Shown here one piece after another: positions 43,027-51,295 of a stretch of 64,000 nucleotides of DNA. Each line of letters starts with the position of its first letter. Position 1 is the stretch's first letter. The stretch is from assembly GCA_039818205.1 (NCBI GenBank), contig JBCBUK010000005.1, positions 32,001-96,000 of the forward strand, read 5' to 3'. The stretch comes from Verrucomicrobiota bacterium. Its GTDB lineage: Bacteria > Verrucomicrobiota > Verrucomicrobiia > Opitutales > Cerasicoccaceae. The notes beneath the pieces were generated by a model, which was not told where the DNA came from, did no database searches, and saw only the letters and a list, made by a program, of their open reading frames with translations. A program made the translations under genes and the position numbers.

Positions 43027-43143
43027 CTCTAAAAACGAGTGGACGCTAGTATTAATCAGGGTTTCGCGTAAAAACGGCGAAACCGGCTATTAGTGCACAA
43101 AAATACTCGTAAACCTGAATAATCGGTATAAAACGAGGTATAA

Positions 43144-43815
43144 GTGAACGAAGCGAAGGTATATCCGGTAAAACACGAACGCTATTCTTTCATGGTGAAG
43201 TTCTCGCGGAAGGGCTTCAAACCCTACCGCCGATACTTCCGCGATCGAGATTCTGCCGATCAAGACGCTGCCGCATTCAACCAAAAGCTTTTTCGCGAAG
43301 GATCCGAAGGCGTTCACATTGGGCCGCGAGAACGTCGCGAATTGCAGAACCTTCTAGCCGTCATAAAAGATCGCGGTATGACCATTGGTCAAGCAACTGA
43401 GTTCTTCGAGAAGAATAGCCGCCCACGCAGTTCACTAACTTGGAAGGACGCTGTATTCTCTTTGATCGAAGCGAGAGAACGCCAAGGAGCAAGCGCCCGA
43501 ACCATTCAGAATCTCAGCAGCAGGTTGAACAACTTCGCTGACTATTCTGGCGTGAAGCTGGTGGACGAAGCCACTTCCAAGGACCTCCAAGAATACATCT
43601 ACCGCCCACTGTCAGTTCGCAATCAAATCAACGATTATTCCGCGTTTTCCAATCTCTTCAACTTCCTGCAGAAGCGTGGCCAGATCGAACAAAGTCCCCT
43701 CGCCCTGGTTGAGCGACCAAGAGACACTTCCAAAAAACGCCCAGCGATCCTCAAGCCTGATGAAGCCGCCCTAGCCGCACCGCCGCCCGACCGCCTTTCC
43801 TTGTTTAATAGGTAA
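43144..43815 (+). pseudogene. Truncated phage-type tyrosine integrase (arm/core-binding part only)
   Basis: RRYFRDRDSA, GASARTIQNL, NLFNFLQKRGQIEQSPL, RPAILKPDEA, then stop before any catalytic R..HxxR..Y domain; adjacent to tRNA. Confidence 0.8.
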
Positions 43816-43833
43816 CATAACTGACAGAGGCAA

Positions 43834-44082
43834 ATGAACACACCAAGAATGAACGATCTGGCCGCGATCAGATACGTCCGCGAAGTCCTCGGGAAGATGG
43901 GCATCGCACTCAAGTTTCCGCTCGTTAAATCGGGCTATGAATACCGCGTGGGGGTCGCCGTGGATGCGGTCACCTACGACGTCAAAGGTAAGTCTACCCG
44001 CAACTGGGAAGAGGCCTTCGCGAAGGCTGGTTTTAGAAGCATCCCAAACAAAGTCTATCACCCTCGATACCAAAAATCATGA
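43834..44082 (+). CDS. Small hypothetical protein
   Basis: 82-aa ORF, ATGA overlap with the downstream HNH gene. Confidence 0.55.
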   Translation: MNTPRMNDLAAIRYVREVLGKMGIALKFPLVKSGYEYRVGVAVDAVTYDVKGKSTRNWEEAFAKAGFRSIPNKVYHPRYQKS

Positions 44083-44474
44083 AGATGACGCAATCACCAC
44101 CAAGAAGACTTTTTTTGGCAAAGTCCGGCGTTTATACAGAGGGCGATGTGAGTTGGATCGTCCTTGTCGATCGCTTCAAAGATGCGCATCATTATCTCTT
44201 CGATACCGAAGACCTTAAGACTTTCGAACGACATCGCTGGGAATGGATTGGCTACGCAATCCAGTCGAAAGGGCGGGGCAGCTCTTCTTTTCATCGACGC
44301 ATCATGGGCGTGAAATCTCAGCTCCAATACGTCGAACACATCAACGGAGATCTACTGGACAATCGGAAGGCAAACTTGAAGGTCCTAAAGCGCTCCGGTG
44401 GTCGACCCGTTCGCGGGAAATTGTTCAACGACGAAGGTATAGTGATTTGTTTATTCCTCGTGGAAAGCCACTAA
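44079..44474 (+). CDS. Phage-type HNH endonuclease-like protein, probably 3'-truncated
   Basis: HRRIMG..YVEHINGDLLDNRKANL. Confidence 0.7.
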   Translation: MKMTQSPPRRLFLAKSGVYTEGDVSWIVLVDRFKDAHHYLFDTEDLKTFERHRWEWIGYAIQSKGRGSSSFHRRIMGVKSQLQYVEHINGDLLDNRKANLKVLKRSGGRPVRGKLFNDEGIVICLFLVESH

Positions 44475-44669
44475 TAAAGCATCAAGAAAACGATGATGGC
44501 TGGAGATTGAAACTTTTGATTCGGGTTGTTCCTGGTTTGAGTAGCATTATTGAGATGGAGGGGCGGACACTGGATTTTAGAAAAGAAATTGAAAAGGAAG
44601 AAAGAATTGAAATTCATAATAGGGTGAAGGAGAATTATAGGCCTCCTCGAATAATGACTCAAAAAGAAA

Positions 44670-44730
44670 TGTGAACCAGTCACTGGTGGCAACTTCGCTA
44701 CGCTTCGTCGCCACAGCTTTACGATTCGCC
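44670..44730 (+). repeat. attC site 1 (degenerate R')
   Basis: R'' TGTGAAC; arms ctggtggc/gccacag; end GA-TTCGCC, whose TTCGCC complements the next R'' GGCGAAC. Confidence 0.65.
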
Positions 44731-44736
44731 AAGAAA

Positions 44737-45294
44737 ATGAAAAGAACCATAGCAATAATACTGGCGATTCTCACAACATTCAGCCTGCAAGCCATGACCG
44801 AAGAAGAATACGAAAAGTTTGCCGACGAGTCTTGCGGTTATCTCAGGGCAAAAATTGAATGGACTAAAAGGGAATATCTCCTTGGGGAATACGAGCGGTA
44901 TGATTGGGATCAGGACCGCGGAGAACTTATATTCTCAGATGGCGGAGTTCCTAAAGTGATAGCAAAGATTCAGTTTGTGGGATCCTACTCTGAGAAGTCG
45001 GGAACTTGGTTGTGGTCTTGGGATAACTCCTCAGTTCTAGATCACATAAAGCAAGACATACTCGAAGTGAAAGAATACGGAGAGAAGCATGATATCACCA
45101 AGTTGAGCGATCCGTATTGGAAGGCCGATGAAATCGACGCTTGGGAGATGACCGCGATTGCTGCGAATATACTCCAAGCAAAAGGAGCGTATCGATCGCC
45201 TGATAGCGACAAGCCCGGTTTTACATTCATGATTTTCACAAACATCAAATGGGCGAACAAGGCGGTGGATACAACGCCTACAGCTGCGCCGTAG
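44737..45294 (+). CDS. Gene cassette: secreted DUF6882-like protein
   Basis: Signal peptide; YDWDQDRGELIFS, IQFVGSYS...TWLWSWDN, AKGAYR; ORF reads into attC. Confidence 0.75.
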   Translation: MKRTIAIILAILTTFSLQAMTEEEYEKFADESCGYLRAKIEWTKREYLLGEYERYDWDQDRGELIFSDGGVPKVIAKIQFVGSYSEKSGTWLWSWDNSSVLDHIKQDILEVKEYGEKHDITKLSDPYWKADEIDAWEMTAIAANILQAKGAYRSPDSDKPGFTFMIFTNIKWANKAVDTTPTAAP

Positions 45295-45318
45295 GCGTGT
45301 ATCGCTTTAACGTTAGCC
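45252..45318 (+). repeat. attC site 2
   Basis: GGCGAAC...GATACAACGCCTAC-agctgcgcc-GTAGGCGTGTATC...GTTAGCC with an extrahelical base. Confidence 0.85.
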
Positions 45319-45331
45319 CAGAAAATTGAGC

Positions 45332-46303
45332 ATGGACGCACTCGATCGCAAAAAGGTCTCAGTCGTGACGAAGTATGCGATCGAGTCGTTTACTGAGGGC
45401 GACTGGTATACCCTCGGCCAAATTACAGGAAAACTCGATGCAGTCACAGATCATCCTCGCTTGTTTAGATCGCTAAGTTTTGGTGACGACGATTACGACT
45501 ACTGCGTTGCGCAGGTTTTAGACACGATTTTCAGTGAAGACCCAAACATGATCGGGGATGTCATTGATCACTTCGACATCGATCTTTGGTATCAACAAAA
45601 AGACCCCGAAAAATATCAGAAGGTATTCGCTGCGACCAAGGTGGCATCCGCTGATTTTTGGGTCGACGGTCAACTCAGAGTCTTCATCAGCCACCTTTCC
45701 TCGAATAAGGAGCGTATGTCGACAATGAAGGCAGAGCTTTCCCATTGGGGGGTCTCAGCATTTATCGCACACGAGGATATTGAGCCATCTCGCGAGTGGC
45801 TGAATGAGGTTGAGGCAGGACTTGAGACGATGGACGTCTTGGTGGCTGTAGTTGAACCTGGTTTTAAGGAGTCGGACTGGTGCGCTCAAGAGGTTGGATT
45901 CGCGTTGGGTCGCCACATAGACGTCATTCCTCTTCGAGCGGGTCTAGATCCATTCGGATTCTTCGGGAAGATTCAGGGAGTTCAGATCAAGGGCAAGATT
46001 CCGACCGAGGTTGCATCCGAGATTGTCAGGCTGCTCCTGAAGAAGCCTAAACATCGTGACAAGTTGCTTCGAGCGATGGGGAAGGCTTTTCGTGCACTTC
46101 AATCCGAACAGAAGACGCGAGCGTTTAAGCTGTTGGATTCATGGACGGTAGCAACTGATTCCCAGATCAGAGCTCTGCTGGAGAATAGCTCGCTTTCAGA
46201 TTTTGAGCGAAATAGACTCAAGTCTTTGATTTCACGGGTAGAGGCGTTCAAGCCTCACGAGGCAGAGCAGGTGCCAACTGACGATGATGAGATTCCGTTC
46301 TAA
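45332..46303 (+). CDS. Gene cassette: TIR-domain protein (putative anti-phage NADase/signalling)
   Basis: RVFISH, SAFIAHEDIEPSREW, SDWCAQEVGFALG (catalytic Glu position); extra N-terminal domain HPRLFRSLSFGDDDY. Confidence 0.88.
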   Translation: MDALDRKKVSVVTKYAIESFTEGDWYTLGQITGKLDAVTDHPRLFRSLSFGDDDYDYCVAQVLDTIFSEDPNMIGDVIDHFDIDLWYQQKDPEKYQKVFAATKVASADFWVDGQLRVFISHLSSNKERMSTMKAELSHWGVSAFIAHEDIEPSREWLNEVEAGLETMDVLVAVVEPGFKESDWCAQEVGFALGRHIDVIPLRAGLDPFGFFGKIQGVQIKGKIPTEVASEIVRLLLKKPKHRDKLLRAMGKAFRALQSEQKTRAFKLLDSWTVATDSQIRALLENSSLSDFERNRLKSLISRVEAFKPHEAEQVPTDDDEIPF

Positions 46304-46312
46304 ACCAAATGA

Positions 46313-46440
46313 GGCTAACAAGCCGCGACATGACAACCACTACCAGCCGCCCTGTTTCGATGATTTCCCCTGACTACAACCCTAACCCCGTGATCGACGC
46401 TCGCCGCCGCTGTTAGTGGTGCATGCGCTCATCGTTGGGC
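46313..46440 (+). repeat. attC site 3 (128 bp)
   Basis: GGCTAAC...catgacaaccactaccagc / gctgttagtggtgcatg...GTTGGGC. Confidence 0.85.
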
Positions 46441-46447
46441 ATGAATA

Positions 46448-46858
46448 ATGGAACTAAACTTTAAGCTGCACTGGTTCAGATTTAAGCGTCCTATAACAAT
46501 CGAGTGTTCGGACGGCTCGAACTACACCTGCAAGTTCCAATACACACCACACAAAGCATTCTGGATATTTCGAGGTGAAGAAGAAATCGTAAGCGGGATT
46601 TCACAATACAGCGACGTCTGGCAGGTTCGTGACTCGAAAGAAGATAAAATACTATTCGTTACCAGCAACGACTGGGGGAAGTTTTCTATCAAAATTGGCG
46701 ACAAACAGATTCCGGAGAAAGAATTTCATCAGGAGTTTGGATGGGAATCTTACTCACGAACAGGACTCGCGTCATGGGGCCTTTCTTTTCCAGCAAAAGA
46801 AAAATATTTGGAAGAGCTAGCCTATGGATACTTGAAAGTTTATTGGCGCAGTGACTAA
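46448..46858 (+). CDS. Gene cassette: hypothetical protein
   Basis: 136-aa ORF filling the space between attC3 and attC4. Confidence 0.75.
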   Translation: MELNFKLHWFRFKRPITIECSDGSNYTCKFQYTPHKAFWIFRGEEEIVSGISQYSDVWQVRDSKEDKILFVTSNDWGKFSIKIGDKQIPEKEFHQEFGWESYSRTGLASWGLSFPAKEKYLEELAYGYLKVYWRSD

Positions 46859-46872
46859 TGTTCGACAACTAA

Positions 46873-46947
46873 GCCCAACGAGGCGAGAGTGGGCAACTCC
46901 GTTACGTGCTCCGCAGCTTCACTGCGTGCCACCTCTTAACGTTCTCC
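46873..46947 (+). repeat. attC site 4
   Basis: GCCCAAC...gagagtgggca / tgccacctct...GTTCTCC. Confidence 0.8.
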
Positions 46948-46954
46948 AAATAAT

Positions 46955-47482
46955 ATGAAAAGATCAATCAGGCATATTATCTTCGACTGGGGTGACACCT
47001 TGATGCATGACGACTCAACAAAGGAATCACCCATGTATCAGTGGGAAATCGTCAGAGAAGTGGAATGCGCAAGAAATGTGCTAAACGAACTGAGCAGACT
47101 CTATGAATTATCTGTTGCTACAAATGCAGAGCAGTCGAACGAACAAATGGTTTTGAAGGCACTAAACAGAGTTGAGATGGATAAGCACATTCAACGAGTG
47201 TTCACCAGTAGGGCGGTCGGAAAGAAAAAGAATGAAAGAGAATTCTGGATTTCTGTTTCGAATCAGTTGGAAGCAAAGGCAGAGGAAATTTTAGTTGTCG
47301 GAGATAGTTTCCAGAGTGACGTCATGACACCAACATCAGCAGGAATGCAAGCCCTCTGGTATAACTCACGCTCTGGTGAAAAGAAAGAAGGAATGAGATA
47401 TCGGACTATTCACAATCTATCAGAGATAACCAACGAAGCAGAACAAATCAGCGCAGGCAACGCAGACAAGCTGCGCGCCTAG
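46955..47482 (+). CDS. Gene cassette: HAD-superfamily hydrolase
   Basis: IIFDWGDTL, VATNA, VVGDSFQSDV. Confidence 0.88.
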   Translation: MKRSIRHIIFDWGDTLMHDDSTKESPMYQWEIVREVECARNVLNELSRLYELSVATNAEQSNEQMVLKALNRVEMDKHIQRVFTSRAVGKKKNEREFWISVSNQLEAKAEEILVVGDSFQSDVMTPTSAGMQALWYNSRSGEKKEGMRYRTIHNLSEITNEAEQISAGNADKLRA

Positions 47483-47496
47483 CTTCCACGTTCAAA
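47438..47496 (+). repeat. attC site 5
   Basis: GCAGAAC...aggcaacgcag-acaag-ctgcgcgcct...GTTCAAA. Confidence 0.75.
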
Positions 47497-47558
47497 GCGA
47501 TTCGAAGTATATATTTAGGTATAAATCCTGGAAACCCTATAAAATATAAGCCTTTGGA

Positions 47559-47760
47559 GGTTTCCAGTACCGTCGATCTGGGTTCGACTCCCGGCGGGAG
47601 TACCACTCTAAAAACGAGTGGACGCTAGTGCTAATCAGGGTTTCACGTGAAAACGGTGAAATATGCTGTTAGTGCAAAAAATTACCCATAGACCTGAAAA
47701 ATCAAAGGTATACCCCGTAACGAACGAGCGCAATTCGTTCATGGTGAAGCTCTCTAGCAA
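47559..47760 (+). repeat. attR: direct copy of tRNA-Arg 3' half, followed by a diverged leader and integrase start of a second element
   Basis: Matches 42980 onward; encodes KVYPVTNERNSFMVKLSSK versus KVYPVKHERYSFMVKFSRK at 43156. Confidence 0.88.
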
Positions 47761-47772
47761 AGACGCTCATCG

Positions 47773-48573
47773 GTGGGAGGTCCGAGCGGTTTCCCATTGG
47801 CAGGGGTCTTGATTCAAGGCGGCGAATATGAGAATGCTACCTTCAATATCGCGATATTGAACCGTACAAATAGTAACCGTGTAGAGTTTGTGAAGAAAAC
47901 CGTTATCGAGAATGCAAGCATTACGCAATTCGCGAACACGGGTGTCCAACTCGACTGCGCCAATGATGATTTTAACTACGTTACGGATATGAATGGCCAT
48001 ATCGTTAGAAACTGCACCATTACCGGTCCTGGCCAATTTGCCGTGGGTACTACACTGACTAAAAACCTGGTTTACAACAGCAACACGTTGACCTGTAAGG
48101 ACGACCCGATCCACATCGAGTACCGATCATCGAATTGTAACAGCAAGAAGAATCGCTTGACGACGACTGAGCGCGATAGTCAGGGGCGGGCCAAATTTAG
48201 TTGTATTACGTTGATAACGGGAGATACATTCGTTGGGTCAAACGGCGGGATAAGGCTAAAAGAAAAAATTAGGCACGAAAATCGCGTTAGGAATTCATTC
48301 CATGTCGACAATGTGCTTCTGGGAAAGTCGTTCTTCGGTATTTGGGGGTCTGAGTCTTCGAATATTCGCGTCCAGAGAAATGATTTTCGTGGCAATCAGG
48401 CTCGCAATGAGAAGATCTTCCTCAGTACCGGTGACAAGAATCGCCAGTCTTTCGGTGGCAGCAGATTCAGCCAAGGCACCAGGGACTGGTTGGTCGAAGG
48501 TAATATTGGCGTGCGCAAGCGCGATATGTTCTTTGCGACCAATAGAGGTCATACCATCAACCAACCAAACTAA
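47773..48573 (+). pseudogene. Probable 5'-truncated parallel beta-helix repeat protein
   Basis: Asn/Gly-rich repeats (HIVRNCTITG, NLVYNSNTL, NIRVQRNDF, WLVEGN); begins right after the integrase relic with no signal peptide. Confidence 0.5.
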
Positions 48574-48666
48574 GCGTATTTACGAAGTCTCTTAGTTGAT
48601 TTGTGCAATAGTCCTTCGCGCCAAGCCTTAGGGAAGGCGCGAAGGGCCTGCCAAGAAAGGACGACA

Positions 48667-49962
48667 ATGAAAGTAAAGAGCCATGTATTGGTCGCAAATA
48701 TTTGCCTGTTGGTAGCTATATTTTTTCTATTCGAGCGGCTAAGTGAAGACACTTCACGAAGCTTGAATCCCGGGACGCAATCGCAACCTAAATTGACAAA
48801 CAACGATGAAACGCCGGCGGACCGTCCGGTGACAGAACTAAGTGCCGTAGACCAAATCCGCGCGCGCCTAGTCGCTGCTCAGTCGTTGGAAGAATTTTTA
48901 AAGATCCTTGAGGAGAGTCTACATGACGATGAGTTTAACACGATTCAGGCACTTGCCGGATTGAGAAGCCAATACCTAGAAGATAGTTACCCCGTTACCA
49001 CCTTATTTCGGGATTACTTCTCTGAACGATATACGGCACTTGAAGCTATTGGTCGGCTATCAGCACTGGAGGAGCCCTGGTATAATATTTACAAAATGAC
49101 CGCGATTGACCTCTTAGCTTGGCATGCTAACCGTGATGATCCCGTAGCCTTACTGGATTACTTGAATGACCCTGCGCACTACGATATTTCCAGTGTTGTT
49201 CCCGGTTCGTTGGCAGTCCATATTGCCCGGCAAGATCTTCAGAAGGCAGTTGAGCTGATCGATTTCATTCAAGACCCCGATATGCAGGCCGGTTTCCGCG
49301 AGGAGGTCTTCAACGAGTGGGTCGCTGTAGATCCTGGTGCCGTCACGGACTACCTTAACACGATCGAACGTGGCCCCGAACATGACGTTGCCATTCAATC
49401 GCTTGCCGATATCCTGGATCATCGCTACCACGATGTCGCCATGTCATGGGCTGATGCGATCACTGATCCTGAACTCCGTCAGGAAACTTATCAAAAAACG
49501 GCTCAGGCTTGGTATTTGATTCCTGATTCAGAAAATCGGGAGCAGTACGAAGCCTGGAAATCAACGGTTAGCGATCCGGAGTTGTTGAATCAACTGGCAC
49601 AACAGGAAGCCGACCACAACGCTCGACGCGAGATTAAGTTCACATTCTCGGAATCGGTTGACCGGATAAGAGATGAGGCTCTATTGGTCGGTGCGGGTAG
49701 TGGATCTCAGGAGACCCTTGATGTGGAATTGAATGAGTTTGCTTCCTTTTCCTCGGATATCATTGAGCAGGCGAACCAGAATCCGGAGGATTTTCTGCTC
49801 AACCAAGAGGCGTATATCATGCGCAAACGAATTGCCGAAGACTTTTCGTACCTTGGTGAACTGCATCCGACTTTCAAAGAGATAATCGTTGAGTTTCATG
49901 CCGAGCAACAACGTCAGATCGAGCAAGAAAGCCCGGAGCTTTTCGCTGATGATGCGCATTAA
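48667..49962 (+). CDS. Membrane-anchored helical-repeat hypothetical protein
   Basis: N-terminal TM; repeats such as DPVALLDYL, DLQKAVELI, DPGAVTDYL, AMSWADAITDPELR. Confidence 0.75.
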   Translation: MKVKSHVLVANICLLVAIFFLFERLSEDTSRSLNPGTQSQPKLTNNDETPADRPVTELSAVDQIRARLVAAQSLEEFLKILEESLHDDEFNTIQALAGLRSQYLEDSYPVTTLFRDYFSERYTALEAIGRLSALEEPWYNIYKMTAIDLLAWHANRDDPVALLDYLNDPAHYDISSVVPGSLAVHIARQDLQKAVELIDFIQDPDMQAGFREEVFNEWVAVDPGAVTDYLNTIERGPEHDVAIQSLADILDHRYHDVAMSWADAITDPELRQETYQKTAQAWYLIPDSENREQYEAWKSTVSDPELLNQLAQQEADHNARREIKFTFSESVDRIRDEALLVGAGSGSQETLDVELNEFASFSSDIIEQANQNPEDFLLNQEAYIMRKRIAEDFSYLGELHPTFKEIIVEFHAEQQRQIEQESPELFADDAH

Positions 49963-50145
49963 TCCGTACGGTCAACGACAACTGATAGCTAGACGCCCGA
50001 TCGCAGGATCGGGTCACCTGTTTTCACTTCATGTTCCGTGCGTGCGACTTGCAAAATAGGGTTGCTGACTCAAGATGCAGCCGGATGCAGCAAAATAACT
50101 TTAATCCGGCAAATTTTTGGCAAATATAACAGACACTACAGGTAA

Positions 50146-50179
50146 GAGGTCGTCGGTTCGATCCATTTTGGCTCCACCA
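50146..50179 (+). repeat. Degenerate tRNA-Ala-like 3' fragment (att scar)
   Basis: GAGGTCGTCGGTTCGATCC-attt-TGGCTCCACCA; no 5' half; preceded by tandem GGCAAAT repeats. Confidence 0.6.
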
Positions 50180-50219
50180 TTTTCAGGTTTGTTGAACCGT
50201 TGTTCAATGAAGCCCAAGA

Positions 50220-51137
50220 TCATGTGATGGCCTGTTGCGCGGTCACTGTTCTCTGGGCAACGCGCCGGCATTCTTGGAGGAAAGCCAAAACACTTTTTCG
50301 CTTTTCATTGCGTTGCACGATTGCGCTAAAACTGGGGTCCCCAATGCGTCGATCCAGGCTGACAAACTTGACCTGCTCAGGGGCCATTGATTCAGCAATG
50401 GAGGGGATGAGCGTAAAACCGTCGATAGAGGCCACCGCCGCCATAGCGCTTTGAATGCTGTTGGCTTTGATAAGGGGTGCGTAATCCCAACCGGCATCCT
50501 CACAGGCCAATCGAATCGCACGCTCGCAATCTACGAAATCAATTGGCGACAGGCTAATCAGTTGCATCCCAGTAACGGCATCTGTGCTAACCATCGACTG
50601 GCTGGCAATTGGGTTCTCGGCGGAGACGACGAGAGACATTTCCAAGTCGTAGATTTTGAAAAAGTCATAGGTTGTTGCAAGGTATTCGGGCGCAATACCA
50701 ATGAAAGCAATGTCCAAATTACCCTCATCCAGTCCGTCAATCTGCTCCTTCGGGCTCATCTCATACGGGTGAATGGAGATCGAGGGCATGGTTTGGCAGA
50801 AGGTCTGTAGCGCCGAGCCTAGAAACGCGTTCAGAGCAGTCGTCAGGTAACCAACTTCAAGGTGTTCGTCTTTATCACGACCCATTTGACGCAGCTCTTC
50901 GACGGTCTCATCGAGGATCAATAGCGCTTCATCCGCGCGAGGCAGGAGCTTCTGGCCGGCATCGGTCAAAGTGACACCGCTACTGGTGCGATTAAATAAA
51001 GTCGTCCCGATTTCTTCCTCTAGCTCTTTGATGCTGCGACTCAGCACTGGCTGAGTGACGCCAAGCCTCTTGGCCGCACGGCTGAAGCTGTGTTCTTCCG
51101 CCACAGCCATGAAATAGTTTAAACGCCTTAGGTCCAT
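50220..51137 (-). CDS. LysR-family transcriptional regulator
   Basis: MDLRRLNYFMAVAEEHSFSRAAKRLGVTQPVLSRSIKELEEEIGTTLFNR. Confidence 0.95.
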   Translation of the reverse strand: MDLRRLNYFMAVAEEHSFSRAAKRLGVTQPVLSRSIKELEEEIGTTLFNRTSSGVTLTDAGQKLLPRADEALLILDETVEELRQMGRDKDEHLEVGYLTTALNAFLGSALQTFCQTMPSISIHPYEMSPKEQIDGLDEGNLDIAFIGIAPEYLATTYDFFKIYDLEMSLVVSAENPIASQSMVSTDAVTGMQLISLSPIDFVDCERAIRLACEDAGWDYAPLIKANSIQSAMAAVASIDGFTLIPSIAESMAPEQVKFVSLDRRIGDPSFSAIVQRNEKRKSVLAFLQECRRVAQRTVTAQQAIT

Positions 51138-51220
51138 ATTCTGCCGTTAATTTTTACCACGTGCACAGTTTGACGCAAGCCAAGAGCATTCGCCGCACGT
51201 CCGTCAAGGGAAGCATAGGG

Positions 51221-51239
51221 TTATGCTTTTTAGGCATAA
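51221..51239. promoter_or_regulatory. Putative LysR binding box
   Basis: TTATGC-N7-GCATAA dyad containing T-N11-A between divergent lysR and pirin; overlapping dyad AAGCATA-N4-TATGCTT at 51211-51228. Confidence 0.6.
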
Positions 51240-51295
51240 GACAAAGGCAGGCACCCGTGTTATCTTTTCAAACACTAACACAATTTGGAGTTATT

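Larger units (their letters stand above)
42980..47605 (+). mobile_element. Decayed tRNA-Arg-integrated element (~4.5 kb) bounded by 47-bp direct repeats
   Basis: 42980-43026 matches 47559-47605 (1 mismatch); integrase remnant next to the tRNA; HNH gene; cassette array. Confidence 0.85.

Noticed and set aside
43144..43815. Integrase remnant as the integron integrase IntI for the cassette array
   Set aside because: It has a phage-type arm/core-binding N-terminus, sits beside a tRNA, is co-oriented with the cassettes and lacks a catalytic domain; no attI is recognisable
44670..47496. CRISPR array
   Set aside because: The repeats differ in sequence and length and are separated by whole genes; no cas genes; they fit attC sites
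47559..47605. Second tRNA with anticodon CCA (Trp)
   Set aside because: The 5' acceptor strand and D arm are missing; it is an att duplication of tRNA-Arg with one substitution
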